A DNA stretch of 64,000 bases from an uncultured bacterium (GTDB taxonomy: Bacteria > Joyebacterota > Joyebacteria > Joyebacterales > Joyebacteraceae): NCBI GenBank assembly GCA_964562405.1, contig CAZLTC010000006.1, forward strand, positions 1,372 through 65,371, in the 5' to 3' direction. Of this stretch, positions 1 through 10,584 are shown one piece after another (positions within the stretch are counted from its first letter, which is position 1; each line of letters starts with the position of its first letter). The notes beneath the pieces were generated by a model. The model did not search any database, had not been told where the DNA came from, and was given only the letters and a program-made list of their open reading frames with translations. The translations under genes were made by a program, and so were the position numbers.

Positions 1-627
1 CTGGACCGCGGGTTCGTCTACGGCATCGCGCACGTGCGCGGTGGGGGCGAGATGGGAGAGGAGTGGTACGACGACGGCAAACTCCTGCACAAGCGGAACA
101 CGTTCACGGACTTCATTGCCTGCACCGAACATCTCGTCGCGGAGGGCTACGCGGACCCCTCGCGCGTCGCGATGTCGGGTGGGAGCGCGGGCGGCCTGCT
201 CATCGGAGCCGTGCTGAACATGAGGCCTGAGCTCTACTCGCTCGCCATCGCCGACGTGCCCTTTGTCGACGTCCTCAACACGATGCTCGACCCGTCGCTG
301 CCCCTGACCGTTGGCGAGTATGAGGAATGGGGAGACCCGAACGATCCGGTCTATTACGACTACATCAAGTCCTACTCGCCGTACGACAACGTGGGGCGCT
401 ACGACTATCCGGACATTCTTGTGACCGGCAGCCTCAACGACCCGCGCGTCCAGTACTGGGAGCCGGCCAAGTGGACCGCGAAGCTCCGCGCCAACTGGGT
501 GACCGACTCCGTGCTCCTACTCAAGATGAACATGGGAGCGGGCCACGGCGGCGCCTCCGGTCGATACGAGCGCTATAGAGAGAGCGCATTCGAATACGCG
601 TTCATCATCGACCGCATGAACAGGTAA
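1..627 (+). CDS. S9-family serine peptidase (oligopeptidase B / prolyl-oligopeptidase-like), C-terminal catalytic domain; 5' end cut by window edge
   Basis: Frame is open from nt 1 (LDRGFVYGIAHVRGGGEMGE...). GGSAGGLL nucleophile motif, then NDPRV (Asp) and GAGHGG (His) triad elements typical of S9A peptidases; stop at 625-627. Confidence 0.8.
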   Translation: MDRGFVYGIAHVRGGGEMGEEWYDDGKLLHKRNTFTDFIACTEHLVAEGYADPSRVAMSGGSAGGLLIGAVLNMRPELYSLAIADVPFVDVLNTMLDPSLPLTVGEYEEWGDPNDPVYYDYIKSYSPYDNVGRYDYPDILVTGSLNDPRVQYWEPAKWTAKLRANWVTDSVLLLKMNMGAGHGGASGRYERYRESAFEYAFIIDRMNR

Positions 628-658
628 CGGGTGCGCGTCAATGCGGGCACGTGCGCCC

Positions 659-687
659 TTGACGGGAGGGCGCACGACCTGTATCCT
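659..687 (+). promoter_or_regulatory. Candidate sigma70-type promoter TTGACG-N17-TATCCT upstream of rsgA copy 1
   Basis: Hexamers and spacing read directly from the sequence; located about 230 nt upstream of ATG 919. Confidence 0.3.
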
Positions 688-918
688 ATGAGCTGTCGTA
701 TTCACCAACCCGCCTTGAAAGGAGGTGCCTTGTGTCGGTGACGAGAGAATCCCGTTCGGCGGAAGCGCACCTCGAGATGCCTGCCAACTAGTCGGTTTCA
801 CCCAGCAGCACACCGGCAGCTATCCTCGGGTCCGGAGCCCCTTTGCCAGGGGAGCGTCCTCACGTGCGCTTCCGCTCGCTTGAGCCCACAGACATGTCCC
901 AAACAGGGAGCAAGAGAG

Positions 919-1914
919 ATGCAACGCGATCTCGATGGAGACGGGCGTCTCGTGATGGGCGTCGTCTTCAGGAAGGCGCGCGGTCTTTACGACGTCAACG
1001 GCATCGACGGACACGTTCGATGCTCGATATCGAACAGGCTGCGGAAGGAACTTGTGTACCCGTTGTCCGACCCCAACTCGGGGACCTCGCGCGGTGTGAG
1101 GCGCGTGGAGGACATAAGCATGGTGGACCCGGTCGCCATCGGCGACGAGGTGCTCTACGTGCCTGCGGGGCAGGGACAGGGCCAGATCCGGGAGGTGAGG
1201 CCGAGGCGAAACGCCCTGACGCGCTGCGTCCAGGACGTCAAGCGCAGGGGCGAGGGCAGGTCGGTCGACCAGGTCATCGTCGCGAACGCCGATCAGATGG
1301 TGGCGGTCTTCGCGGCGGCCAAGCCCAGGCCCACGTGGCACCTCCTGGACCGCTATCTGGTAGGCGCCGAGGCCTCCGAGATAAGCGCCCTGATCTGCGT
1401 CACCAAGATGGACCTGGATGCCGGCGGGCTAACTCGAGCCGACCTGGCCATCTACGAGAATCTAGGCTACCAGGTCGTCTTCACGAGCGTTGTGACCGGC
1501 GAGGGAGTCGACGCGATGCGTGGCGCCCTGGACGGCAGGATATCCGTGTTCGTAGGCAAGTCGGGAGTTGGGAAGACCTCTCTTCTGAACGAGCTGCAGC
1601 CAGGGCTAGGCCTGTACGTGAAGGAGGTGAGCGAGAGCTCCGGAAAGGGGAGGCACGCTACGACCCACCTTGAGATGTTCCCGCTGGATGGTGGTGGGGG
1701 TGTGGTGGACACGCCCGGCATGAAGCTCTTCGAGCCGGCCGCAGACGCCATGGAGCCCGCCTTCTACTTCCGCGAGTTTCGACCGCTTCTTGGTAGCTGC
1801 CGCTTCGGCGCCGACTGCTCACACACGCACGAACCAGGGTGCGCGATAAAGGAGGCGGTCCAGGCAGGCGAGGTCAGTGAGAGAAGGTATCAGAGCCTCC
1901 TCAAGATGCTCTAG
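919..1914 (+). CDS. rsgA: Ribosome small-subunit-dependent GTPase A (circularly permuted GTPase RsgA/YjeQ), copy 1
   Basis: OB-fold N-terminus (GVVFRKARGLYDV...CSISNRLRK), P-loop GKSGVGKTSLLN, C-terminal Zn-finger C-x5-C..H..PGC. ORF is open from 880; ATG 919 has GGGAG 8 nt upstream and is preferred. Confidence 0.85.
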   Translation: MQRDLDGDGRLVMGVVFRKARGLYDVNGIDGHVRCSISNRLRKELVYPLSDPNSGTSRGVRRVEDISMVDPVAIGDEVLYVPAGQGQGQIREVRPRRNALTRCVQDVKRRGEGRSVDQVIVANADQMVAVFAAAKPRPTWHLLDRYLVGAEASEISALICVTKMDLDAGGLTRADLAIYENLGYQVVFTSVVTGEGVDAMRGALDGRISVFVGKSGVGKTSLLNELQPGLGLYVKEVSESSGKGRHATTHLEMFPLDGGGGVVDTPGMKLFEPAADAMEPAFYFREFRPLLGSCRFGADCSHTHEPGCAIKEAVQAGEVSERRYQSLLKML

Positions 1915-2073
1915 GCGAGGCCAAAGAGGCCCGGGACTGGGCCCGGCCGTGTGGTGACGCGTCCAGCGGGCGCGCAGCGGCCGGGCCCAAGCGTCCCGTA
2001 GCACGGCCGAACCGTCCTGTGCTAGAATCGCGAGCACCGCTACGGAAGAGCAGCACTCACACAGGAGGCACTC

Positions 2074-5000
2074 ATGTCCAGCGCCGTGAAGCGTGGAGCG
2101 TTGTGCGCCGTCTTGGCTTGTCTGGTATTCGCCGCGACGGCCTCTGCGGAGCCCGTGACATTCACGTTCAAGCCCCCGGAGAGCATGCAGGTCAACACCG
2201 TGTCCCTTAGGGGGGATTTCAACAACTGGGGCGAGACGCCGATGGTGAAGGGCGACGGAGACGTTTGGAGCGTCACTGTCGACCTCACTCCCGGGGATCA
2301 CCAGTACAAGTACTTCATCAACAGCGAGTGGCCGCAGGACATGTCCACGTGGCTGGACGGAGGTCCGGTGGACCCGGAGGCCGACGACTACATAGACGAT
2401 GCGAACGGTGGGCTGAACGCGGTGCGCAGCGTGGGCGGCGCCAAGCCCGCTCAGAAGCAGGTGTTCGAGGCGGCACCGCCTCTCAAGGACGGCTTCCTGA
2501 GGATCCACTACGACCGTCCCAAGGGTGGGTACGACGGGTGGGGCCTGCACGTCTGGCAGGACGTCGTTCCGACGGTCGAGTGGACGAGTCCGCTCCCTCC
2601 GACGGGACGTGACAACTTCGGTGTCTACTGGGACGTCGAACTCACGAAGGACGCCAAGAGCGTTGGCTTCATCGTGCACAAGGGCGACACGAAGGACCCG
2701 GGTCCCGACATGTTCATCGACATAGCCAAGCAGGGGACCGAGGTGTGGCTGGTCTCAGGGTCGCCCGTCATCAACACGGAGGAGCCAGACGTGTCATCTC
2801 TCGCCTTCGGCAACCTCGACCGCCAGCGCGCCCACTGGGTTGACCGTTCCACGATCGCCTGGAAGGTGAAGTCGGGCGACGGCGACGTGTTCACGCTCCA
2901 CGTCGGCGGCGCGGACGGGCTGACGCTGACGAAGGACGGAGTGACCGGAGGAGAGGACATCGCTCTCACCATGTCGGGAAGCAACCTGCCCAGGGAGACG
3001 CTGGCGAAGTTCCCGTACCTCGCGGGCTGCAAGGCGCTGACTCTGCCGAGTGACAAGCTCGACGCGGTCCCGTCGTTCCTCAAGCAGGAACTGGCGGTCT
3101 CGGTGAAGGGTCCCGACGGCGTCGTGAGCGACGCGACGGGCCTTCAGATACCCGGTGTGCTCGACGACGTGTTCGCGTACGACGGGCCGCTCGGCGTGAA
3201 CTGGGGCCAGGGCGTTCCAACCGTGAGCGTCTGGGCGCCCACGGCTCAGAAGGTCTGGCTACACGTGTTCGACACGTCCGATGCGCCGGAGTCCTCGGCG
3301 GTTCTCGAGATGGCCGAGGACACGGGCGTGTGGAGCGTGACCGGAACACCCGACTGGAAGGACAAGTTCTACCTCTACGAGGTCAAGGTTTACGTGCCGT
3401 CTACGCGCGCGGTCGAGCGCAACATGGTGACGGACCCCTATTCCAGAAACCTCTCGATGAACAGCAAGCGCAGCCAGTTCGTCGACCTCGACGACCCCTC
3501 GCTCAAGCCCGAAGGATGGGACGGGCTGACGAAACCGACGCTCGAGGCACCGGAGGACATCGTCCTCTACGAGCTGCACGTGCGCGACTTCAGCTCCAAC
3601 GACCCGACCGTTCCTGCGGGCCACGTCGGGACGTTCGCGGCCTTCGCAGACGACACGAATGGCGCACGTCACCTGCGCGCGCTGGCCGAGGCGGGTCTGA
3701 CACATGTGCATCTCCTGCCCGCGTTCGACATAGCTTCTGTAGACGAGGACAAATCGACGTGGAAGGGGCCCGGGGATCTCTCGATCTATCCTCCCGACTC
3801 CGACCAGCAGCAGGCGGCCGTAGCCCGCATCCAGGGCGTCGACGGCTTCAACTGGGGCTACGACCCCTACCACTTCGGAGTGCCTGAGGGGAGCTACTCG
3901 ACCGACCCGGACGGCACGGCCCGCATAGTCGAATTCAGGATGATGGTCAAGGCTCTGGCCGACATGGGGCTCCGCGTCGTGATGGACGTCGTGTACAACC
4001 ATACGAACGAGAGCGGGCTGGGCGACAAGTCGGTCTTCGACAAGATCGTCCCCGGCTACTATCACAGGCTCAACGCCGACGGCTTCGTGGAGACGAGCAC
4101 TTGCTGCCAGAACACGGCCAGCGAGCACTACATGATGGGGCGGTTCATGGTCGACGACCTCGTTCACTGGGCGCGTGACTACAAGGTGGACGGCTTCCGC
4201 TTCGATCTCATGGGCCACCACATGAAGAGCAACATGGTCGAGATTCGCGACGCGCTGCACGCGCTGCGTCCTGAGACCGACGGTGTCGATGGTGATACCA
4301 TCTACCTGTACGGTGAGGGATGGGACTTCGGCGAGGTTCAGGGCGGCAAGCGCGGCGTCAATGCGACGCAGCAGAACATGGCCGGCACCGGCATCGGCAC
4401 GTTCAATGACCGCATAAGAGACGCGATACGAGGCGGCTCGGCGTTCGGCGACAGACGTGACCAGGGTTTCGCCACCGGGCTGTATACCGACCCCAGCGGT
4501 TTCAACGGTTCCGGCCCGAACGAGCGCGAGGCGCTGCTCAAGTCGATGGACCGCATCCGCATCGGCATGACCGGCAACCTCCGCAACTATCTTCTCATCG
4601 ACTTCCGGGGCAACGAGGTGCGCGGCGGGAACATGGAGAACGTCGGATACACGACGGACCCTCAGGAGGTCATCAACTACGTGTCGGCCCACGATAACGA
4701 GACGTGGTTCGACAAGGTCCAGTTCGCCGCGCCGAAGCAGGCGACGATGGCGCAGCGCGTCCGGATGCAGAACCTGGGCCTGTCGGTCGTGGCGTTGGGG
4801 CAGGGCATACCGTTCTTCCACGCCGGCTCCGACATGCTCCGCTCCAAGTCCATGGACAGAGACAGCTACAACTCGGGCGACTGGTTCAACAAGGTCGACT
4901 GGTCGTATGAAGCCAACAACTTCGGAGTGGGACTCCCCATAGCCGACAAGAACCAGGATCGGTGGAACATAATGAGGCCGCTCCTGGCGAGAGCCGACAT

Positions 5001-5415
5001 CACGCCAGGCCGCGACAGCATCATGGCCGCCGTCCACCACTTCAGGGAGCTCCTGGCGATCAGGAAGAGCACCGTGCTGCTGCGCCTCAGGACGGGGGAG
5101 GACGTGCAGGCACGTGTCCGATTCCACAACGTCGGCCGCGATCAGGTGCCCGGACTCATCGTCATGAGCGTATCTGACGTGGTGCCGGAGCTTCGTCCGA
5201 TCGACCCGAACTACAAGAACGTTGTGGTGGTGCTGAACGCGACGCCGAAGACACAGGTCTACGGAGAGAACGGCTGGAAGGGGAGCGCCTTCGAGCTGCA
5301 TCCGGTGCTCAGCATGTCACACGATGAGGTCGTCAAGCAGTCGAGCTACGATTCGAACGATGGGACCTTCAGTGTTCCCGCAATGACGGCCGCCGTGTTC
5401 GTCGAGCCGGAGTAG
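2074..5415 (+). CDS. Secreted pullulanase-type GH13 glycoside hydrolase (type I pullulanase-like) with N-terminal carbohydrate-binding modules
   Basis: Signal peptide MSSAVKRGALCAVLACLVFAATASA. GH13 conserved regions DVVYNHT, GFRFDLMGH, YGEGWDF, YVSAHDN. AGGAGG 6 nt upstream of ATG. Confidence 0.85.
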   Translation: MSSAVKRGALCAVLACLVFAATASAEPVTFTFKPPESMQVNTVSLRGDFNNWGETPMVKGDGDVWSVTVDLTPGDHQYKYFINSEWPQDMSTWLDGGPVDPEADDYIDDANGGLNAVRSVGGAKPAQKQVFEAAPPLKDGFLRIHYDRPKGGYDGWGLHVWQDVVPTVEWTSPLPPTGRDNFGVYWDVELTKDAKSVGFIVHKGDTKDPGPDMFIDIAKQGTEVWLVSGSPVINTEEPDVSSLAFGNLDRQRAHWVDRSTIAWKVKSGDGDVFTLHVGGADGLTLTKDGVTGGEDIALTMSGSNLPRETLAKFPYLAGCKALTLPSDKLDAVPSFLKQELAVSVKGPDGVVSDATGLQIPGVLDDVFAYDGPLGVNWGQGVPTVSVWAPTAQKVWLHVFDTSDAPESSAVLEMAEDTGVWSVTGTPDWKDKFYLYEVKVYVPSTRAVERNMVTDPYSRNLSMNSKRSQFVDLDDPSLKPEGWDGLTKPTLEAPEDIVLYELHVRDFSSNDPTVPAGHVGTFAAFADDTNGARHLRALAEAGLTHVHLLPAFDIASVDEDKSTWKGPGDLSIYPPDSDQQQAAVARIQGVDGFNWGYDPYHFGVPEGSYSTDPDGTARIVEFRMMVKALADMGLRVVMDVVYNHTNESGLGDKSVFDKIVPGYYHRLNADGFVETSTCCQNTASEHYMMGRFMVDDLVHWARDYKVDGFRFDLMGHHMKSNMVEIRDALHALRPETDGVDGDTIYLYGEGWDFGEVQGGKRGVNATQQNMAGTGIGTFNDRIRDAIRGGSAFGDRRDQGFATGLYTDPSGFNGSGPNEREALLKSMDRIRIGMTGNLRNYLLIDFRGNEVRGGNMENVGYTTDPQEVINYVSAHDNETWFDKVQFAAPKQATMAQRVRMQNLGLSVVALGQGIPFFHAGSDMLRSKSMDRDSYNSGDWFNKVDWSYEANNFGVGLPIADKNQDRWNIMRPLLARADITPGRDSIMAAVHHFRELLAIRKSTVLLRLRTGEDVQARVRFHNVGRDQVPGLIVMSVSDVVPELRPIDPNYKNVVVVLNATPKTQVYGENGWKGSAFELHPVLSMSHDEVVKQSSYDSNDGTFSVPAMTAAVFVEPE

Positions 5416-5640
5416 CGGCTCGGCGATCACGAATGGAGCTTGTGGATGGGGGTCGGGCCGCATCGGTCCGGCCCCCGTCCGTCCAGAGGAGAAGCGGATG
5501 CGTCGTCGAATGGCGCCGGTCGCCCTCCTGCCCTAGGGTGAGCCACAACCGCCGTGGCGTGAGCGGCAGGCATCGCCGGTCGACCTGACCGCGCGCGGCA
5601 CTCCGTGGGCGCCCGAACCAGGCGAATCCGCAGGCCCTCC

Positions 5641-5669
5641 TTGCGCATCTAACCTGAATGTGGTAAACT
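5641..5669 (+). promoter_or_regulatory. Candidate promoter TTGCGC-N17-(TG)GTAAACT, extended -10, for the M6-like protease gene
   Basis: tTGtGGTAAACT extended -10; AT-rich island in a GC-rich context, 70 nt upstream of ATG 5739. Confidence 0.4.
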
Positions 5670-5738
5670 ATGAATTGGCGGCGGGTTAGCGGTAGTGACC
5701 CGGCGTTCGGCGGATTTGGCACATGCTTGGAGGAAAGT

Positions 5739-8585
5739 ATGCGTGGTCCAGCGCTCCCGGCGCCCGCGTTTGCCGTGTTGGTGGCCGGATTAATGAGCCT
5801 TGCAGCGGTCTCGGCGCTTGCCGCGCCGATGAACGGGGACATTGTGACGATTCGCCAGGCTGATGGGTCGTTCATTGACCTGGCGGTCTGGGGTGATGAG
5901 TTCTACGCGGTCGGGGAGACGCCGGACGGTTACACGGTCGTGCGCGATGACGTGACCGGCGTCTATTGCTACGCGAAGGTCTCGGCGGATGGGAACAAGC
6001 TCGTGTCGACGGGCATCCCTGCGGCGATCGGGCAGGTGCCCGCGGGCCTCTCGAAGCACGTCCGAGTCGACCGGGAGGCGGCTAGCGCGAAGGCCCGCGA
6101 GGTTAGGCAGGCCTTTGAGGCGCGCGAGCTGCAGGATTTGTCTGTTCTGCCCGAACCTCCCGGGCGCTCGCGCGGGACGTCGACGGGCAGCGTGACGGGG
6201 CTCACGCTCATCGTCGACTTCTCAGACGATGTGGGGACGATACCGCCCAGCTCCATCGATGACTTCTGCAACCTCGAGGGGTACACCGGATACAGCAACA
6301 ACGGTTCCGTGCGCGACTACTTCGATGACGTATCCGGAGGACTGCTCGACTATACCAACTATGTTTCGACCGCGTACTACCGTGCTGCGAACCCGAAGTC
6401 CTACTACACCGATCCCTCGGTCTCCTACGGGACCCGGGCCGTCCAGCTGATCAAGGAAGCGTTGAACGCTCTCGATGCGGCGGGGTTCGATTTCAGCGCG
6501 TACGACGCGGACGGGAACGGGAGCATAGACGCTCTGAACTGCTTCTACGCCGGCGCGACCTGGAACAACTGGGCCGAGGGCCTGTGGCCTCACTCAGGCT
6601 GGATGTCGTGGTGCGCGGACGGAGTGTGCACGCAGCGATATCAGATCTCGAACCTGGGAAGCTCTCTCAGGCTCGGCACGTTCGTGCACGAGAACGGCCA
6701 CATGCTGATGGGTTGGCCGGATCTCTATGACTACGACGGGGACTCGGCGGGCGTCGGCCAGTTCTGCGTGATGTGCTCGGTCGGACCGGGTACGAATCCG
6801 ATCGAGCCTTGCGCCTACATGAAGTACACGGCGGGTTGGGCCGACTTGTCGATGCCGACCGGCTACGAGAACGGCCTCTCCGCACCGAGTGCCGGGAACG
6901 TCGTCTACAAATTCGACAAGCCGGGCGCGCCCAACGAATACTACCTCGTTGAGAACCGGCAGAAGACCGGACGGGACAGCGCGATTCCAGACAATGGGCT
7001 TGCCATATGGCACGTCGACGAGAACGGCAGCAATGACTGGCAGCAGCGGACGCCGGACTATCACTACGAAGTCACTCTCGTGCAGGCCGACGGAGACTGG
7101 GATCTCGAGCACTACAACAACAATGGTGACAGCTACGACCTCTACGCGGCCACCGCGGAGACGGAGTGCACTCCCACCACATACCCCAACACCGACTGGT
7201 GGGACGGGAGCGAGTCGGGTTACTACTTCACGAACATCAGCTCGTCGAGCTCCGTGATGACGTTCGACTTCGCAGATGGTCCTCCGTTCAACCCCGAGTT
7301 CACCGCGCCGGTCTTCGCGTGCGAGATCGAGAAGTCGGGCTCGGCGACTTATCTAACCACTATCAGAAACCCCGGTAGTCTGTCCGGCAACGCCGACGTG
7401 GATATCGAGCAGGAGATCCTGCCCGACGGCGTCACGGACACCGACTGGACCGCCACCTACAGGCAGGTCGGCGGGCCGTGGCTCTCCACTCCCTCGTCCT
7501 TTTACCTTGGTCCGGGCGAGGAGATCGATATGGAAGTGAGGTTCGAGGACGGCATGGGTACCATGGAGGGGATGTGCCTGACGACGCTCACCGCGACCGT
7601 CAGCTCCGACCCGACGCTCTCGAACAAGGGATCGTTCGCGACGTTCGTGGACATGCCATGCGTGGCGATCATCGACGACGACAACGGAGCCGCGAACGAG
7701 ACATACCTCGCCACCGCCCTGGAAGATGCTGGATACTGCGCCAGGGTTTGGGACGCCTCGTCCCGCGGCCGGCCCAGCATCGAGGAGCTGTCGTCGTACA
7801 GCGCGGTCTTCTGGACGACGGCCGGAGGTGACGCCTCGTATCTGAGCGCGGACGACGAGCAGAACCTGATGGACTATCTCGACGGGGGTGGCGACCTCTT
7901 CATGTCCAGCATGGGCTACCTCACGGCCAGGACAGCACCCAACGCCTTCACCCAGGACTACCTGCACCTGGACTCGTGGCAGGACGACGTGGTCGCCTTC
8001 TCGGCGGCCGGGGTTGCCGGCGACCAGATATCCGATGGCATGAGTCTCATGCTCCTGGCGGGTCCCGTTTCCTCGAGTGGCTCCGATGCGATGGTGCTGG
8101 ACACACCGGCCGAGGCCATCTTCAGCGCGTCGTCGAACGTGACGGGCCTCAAGGTGGCGGAGGGCGACCACAAGATCGTCTTCCTCTCATTCGCCTTCGA
8201 GAACGTCAAGACCGCCACGGAGGACCCGAACAACCAGAGGACTCTCGTCTCCAGGGTCATGGACTGGTTCATGAACACGACGGGAGTCGATGATCTCACG
8301 ATCGGACGGCTCGCACTCGGGCACAACTACCCGAACCCGTTCAATCCGACCACGAACATCGCCTTCTCGGTGCCTGATGGGACCGAGCCCGTGGCTCTCC
8401 GGGTCTACAGCGTGGACGGCCGTCTGGTGAGGACGCTCGTGGATGGAGCTGTGCCTGCCGGGCCGCATACCGTGCTCTGGGACGGGACGAATGATGCCGG
8501 CGTGAGCGTGGCCTCTGGTGTCTACTTCGCGCGTCTGAGTTCGGCGGGAGAGACGAAGCAGACGAAGATGGCGCTCCTCAAGTAA
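5739..8585 (+). CDS. Secreted M6-like (immune-inhibitor-A-type) zinc metalloprotease with shared C-terminal sorting domain
   Basis: HENGH zinc motif followed by PDLYDYDG as in the M6 family; hydrophobic signal after M at 5739 (GGAGGAAAG upstream). The ORF-track start 5670 sits directly on the predicted -10 element and is unlikely. C-terminus NYPNPFNPTTNIAFSVP...GVYFARL...KMALLK. Confidence 0.75.
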   Translation: MRGPALPAPAFAVLVAGLMSLAAVSALAAPMNGDIVTIRQADGSFIDLAVWGDEFYAVGETPDGYTVVRDDVTGVYCYAKVSADGNKLVSTGIPAAIGQVPAGLSKHVRVDREAASAKAREVRQAFEARELQDLSVLPEPPGRSRGTSTGSVTGLTLIVDFSDDVGTIPPSSIDDFCNLEGYTGYSNNGSVRDYFDDVSGGLLDYTNYVSTAYYRAANPKSYYTDPSVSYGTRAVQLIKEALNALDAAGFDFSAYDADGNGSIDALNCFYAGATWNNWAEGLWPHSGWMSWCADGVCTQRYQISNLGSSLRLGTFVHENGHMLMGWPDLYDYDGDSAGVGQFCVMCSVGPGTNPIEPCAYMKYTAGWADLSMPTGYENGLSAPSAGNVVYKFDKPGAPNEYYLVENRQKTGRDSAIPDNGLAIWHVDENGSNDWQQRTPDYHYEVTLVQADGDWDLEHYNNNGDSYDLYAATAETECTPTTYPNTDWWDGSESGYYFTNISSSSSVMTFDFADGPPFNPEFTAPVFACEIEKSGSATYLTTIRNPGSLSGNADVDIEQEILPDGVTDTDWTATYRQVGGPWLSTPSSFYLGPGEEIDMEVRFEDGMGTMEGMCLTTLTATVSSDPTLSNKGSFATFVDMPCVAIIDDDNGAANETYLATALEDAGYCARVWDASSRGRPSIEELSSYSAVFWTTAGGDASYLSADDEQNLMDYLDGGGDLFMSSMGYLTARTAPNAFTQDYLHLDSWQDDVVAFSAAGVAGDQISDGMSLMLLAGPVSSSGSDAMVLDTPAEAIFSASSNVTGLKVAEGDHKIVFLSFAFENVKTATEDPNNQRTLVSRVMDWFMNTTGVDDLTIGRLALGHNYPNPFNPTTNIAFSVPDGTEPVALRVYSVDGRLVRTLVDGAVPAGPHTVLWDGTNDAGVSVASGVYFARLSSAGETKQTKMALLK

Positions 8586-8640
8586 CGCTGCCCGGCGTCC
8601 GCACCGCGGACGCTGGAACATCGCGAGTCGAGAATGCGGC

Positions 8641-8692
8641 TGTTGCATCGAGACGCCCTGTGCGAAAGCACGGGGCGTCTTCTTCAATGCAA
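8641..8692 (+). terminator. Long GC hairpin (inner stem GAGACGCCCTGTGC / GCACGGGGCGTCT, GAAA loop, outer arms GTTGCAT / ATGCAAC) followed by TCTTCTTC; terminator after the M6-like gene
   Basis: Inverted repeat seen directly; a second smaller hairpin lies at 8594-8612. Confidence 0.5.
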
Positions 8693-8806
8693 CATCGGGA
8701 AACGGTTGTCACACTTCACTCGTCTGGTACGGCACTTGCCCTGCTTGTGCACAATGTGTGTCAGGAACGTCTCACGTCACGAACGGGGGAAGGGAGATAC
8801 GGCGAG

Positions 8807-9901
8807 ATGAGAACATCGATCGTCCTAGTCTGCGCGGCAGTTCTGTGTGTCCCGGCGATCTGCGCCGGCCAGGAGTCCTACATCACGCTCGAGGAGAACA
8901 CCTGGGGCAACGCGCACAAGGAGTTCAACCTTGTGACGATACCCGATTGGATCGACAGCCTGGTGACGACCGGGTCGCCGCTCGTCATGGGGAAGCCAGG
9001 CCGGTCTCTGACGTTCGCGGACGGATCCGAAGAGGCGATACTCGCCGCGCTCCCGGCGTCGGGCCAGCCGGCCGTCCTGCCGGAGGACCTCGGCGACGCT
9101 CTGGTCGACTCGACGTGCGCCCTTCCCGAAGGGCTCCCGGCCAGCAAGAAGGGCAAGCTCAAGAACTCGCTTCTAGGTGAGACGATGGCGCTGGCCCTCA
9201 ACGCGAGGCTCGACCCGGAGCTGATAGACCTGGACGTCTGCTCCGTGATGATGACCGTAAACGTGCTGGCGGGCCCAGATGAGCTCTACGGTACAGAGGA
9301 CGACTCGCTGTGCGCGATGTGCGACACGATGACGATACGCATCCCGGAGGCCGTTCTGTCCGCGCTCCAGGATAGCATGGGCGTGGAACCTACCGTCGGG
9401 AACGTCCTCGAGTTCGCGAACATGGCGCTCGCGGGAGAGGGCACGTACGACGCCACCCTCAAGGGCGTATGGCACGCGGTGAAGAACATCAATCGTGGCT
9501 TCAAGAACTACCGCATGCTTGTCTACTGCGAGGGCGATACGGGCGGAGTGCCGATCGACATCAAGGGCGCGCCCGGCACTTCCGGAGGTCCTGAGGATCG
9601 CGCCGAGTCGATGGCGAGCGCCGTCGCGCTGTCGGCCTCGAGTCCGGTGAGCGACCGGGCGTTCGTCTACTTCACGGTGCCCGAGGCCAGCCGAGTGACG
9701 CTCTCTGTCTACAACGTCGCCGGCCGCGAGGTGGCGACTCTCCTGAACGGTCAGGTCTTCCAGGATCGCGCCACGGTGGAGATGGCCGCCGACAATCGAA
9801 GTGCCCTTCCGTCCGGAGTCTACTTCGTGAGAATGACGGCGGTTGGCGTCGCCAGCGGTGCCGAATACAGACAAACGGCCAAGATGCTGGTGGTTCGCTG
9901 A
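8807..9901 (+). CDS. Hypothetical secreted protein with divergent copy of the shared C-terminal domain
   Basis: Start MRTSIVLVCAAVLCVPAICAG (signal peptide) with GGGGGAAGGGAG upstream. C-terminus ...VYFTVPEASRVTLSVYNVAGREVATLL...GVYFVRM...KMLVVR. The ORF-track 5' extension from 8660 lacks an RBS/signal. Confidence 0.6.
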   Translation: MRTSIVLVCAAVLCVPAICAGQESYITLEENTWGNAHKEFNLVTIPDWIDSLVTTGSPLVMGKPGRSLTFADGSEEAILAALPASGQPAVLPEDLGDALVDSTCALPEGLPASKKGKLKNSLLGETMALALNARLDPELIDLDVCSVMMTVNVLAGPDELYGTEDDSLCAMCDTMTIRIPEAVLSALQDSMGVEPTVGNVLEFANMALAGEGTYDATLKGVWHAVKNINRGFKNYRMLVYCEGDTGGVPIDIKGAPGTSGGPEDRAESMASAVALSASSPVSDRAFVYFTVPEASRVTLSVYNVAGREVATLLNGQVFQDRATVEMAADNRSALPSGVYFVRMTAVGVASGAEYRQTAKMLVVR

Positions 9902-10006
9902 CCCCGGTCCAGCCCCTGACCCCGGTGCCCTCCTGGCACCTTCCTCGGCCGCCGCCCCCAACCTCGGGGCGGCGGCGCCTCGTTTACTTCCCCCTGCAGA
10001 TTCCCC

Positions 10007-10054
10007 TTGACAGCCTGCGACAGTCGTCGCAGAATATGTGTGACAGTTGTCGCG
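10007..10054 (+). promoter_or_regulatory. Promoter -35 (TTGACA) plus two GACAGTYGTCGC dyad repeats: candidate BlaI-family operator upstream of blaI-blaR1-like genes
   Basis: GCGACAGTCGTCGC (10017-10030, perfect palindrome) and GACAGTTGTCGC (10042-10053), 11 nt apart, between TTGACA and the ATG at 10077. Confidence 0.35.
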
Positions 10055-10076
10055 GACCCCCGAACAAGGAGTCGCC

Positions 10077-10538
10077 ATGAAGTCGCTTCCCAGCCTCTCG
10101 CGGTTCGAGCTTCAGTGCCTGCGGAAGCTCTGGAACCGCAAGGAGGGGACGGTCAGGGACATTCACGGAGACCTCGCCGACCCCCCGAGCTACTCGACCG
10201 TCAGGAAGATCATGGACCGCCTGGAGGAGAAGGGCGCAATAGAGCGCGTCCGCAAGGAAGGGAAGGCGTGGGTATACCGCTCCAGAGTCTCCCCACGGGA
10301 GATGCTCCGCAAAGAGATAAGGCAGTTTCTCGATGTGGCGTTCGATGGCTCGGCGGCTCCGCTCGTCGCGCAGCTGGCGCGTATGCAGGAGCTCACCGTC
10401 GAGGACTTGAGAGAGGTCGAGAGGGTCCTGGCTGGTGACAGAGCCGCCGCTTCCGAGACTGACTCCCACGACGAGAACGGTGTTCGCTCGCGCAGCGAAG
10501 GTCCGTCCACCGACGACAGGCACGAGGAACAGGTCTGA
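10077..10538 (+). CDS. BlaI/MecI/CopY-family winged-helix transcriptional repressor
   Basis: MKSLPSLSRFELQCLRKLWNRKEGTVRDIH...YSTVRKIMDRLEEKGAI...WVYRSRVS matches the penicillinase-repressor family. AAGGAG RBS before ATG 10077. Confidence 0.75.
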   Translation: MKSLPSLSRFELQCLRKLWNRKEGTVRDIHGDLADPPSYSTVRKIMDRLEEKGAIERVRKEGKAWVYRSRVSPREMLRKEIRQFLDVAFDGSAAPLVAQLARMQELTVEDLREVERVLAGDRAAASETDSHDENGVRSRSEGPSTDDRHEEQV

Positions 10539-10584
10539 CATATCGCGCGTGGTGGAAGGACCCCCGCGCGTCGGAGGTACGACG

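Noticed and set aside
843-1673. 276-aa plus-strand ORF overlapping rsgA in another frame
   Set aside because: Extremely Arg-rich with no motifs; the rsgA frame carries all GTPase signatures.
5416-5480. Possible terminator hairpin after the pullulanase gene (GGGCCG..CGGCCC)
   Set aside because: The stem is only ~6 bp with an 8-nt loop and no U-tract. It is too weak to call.
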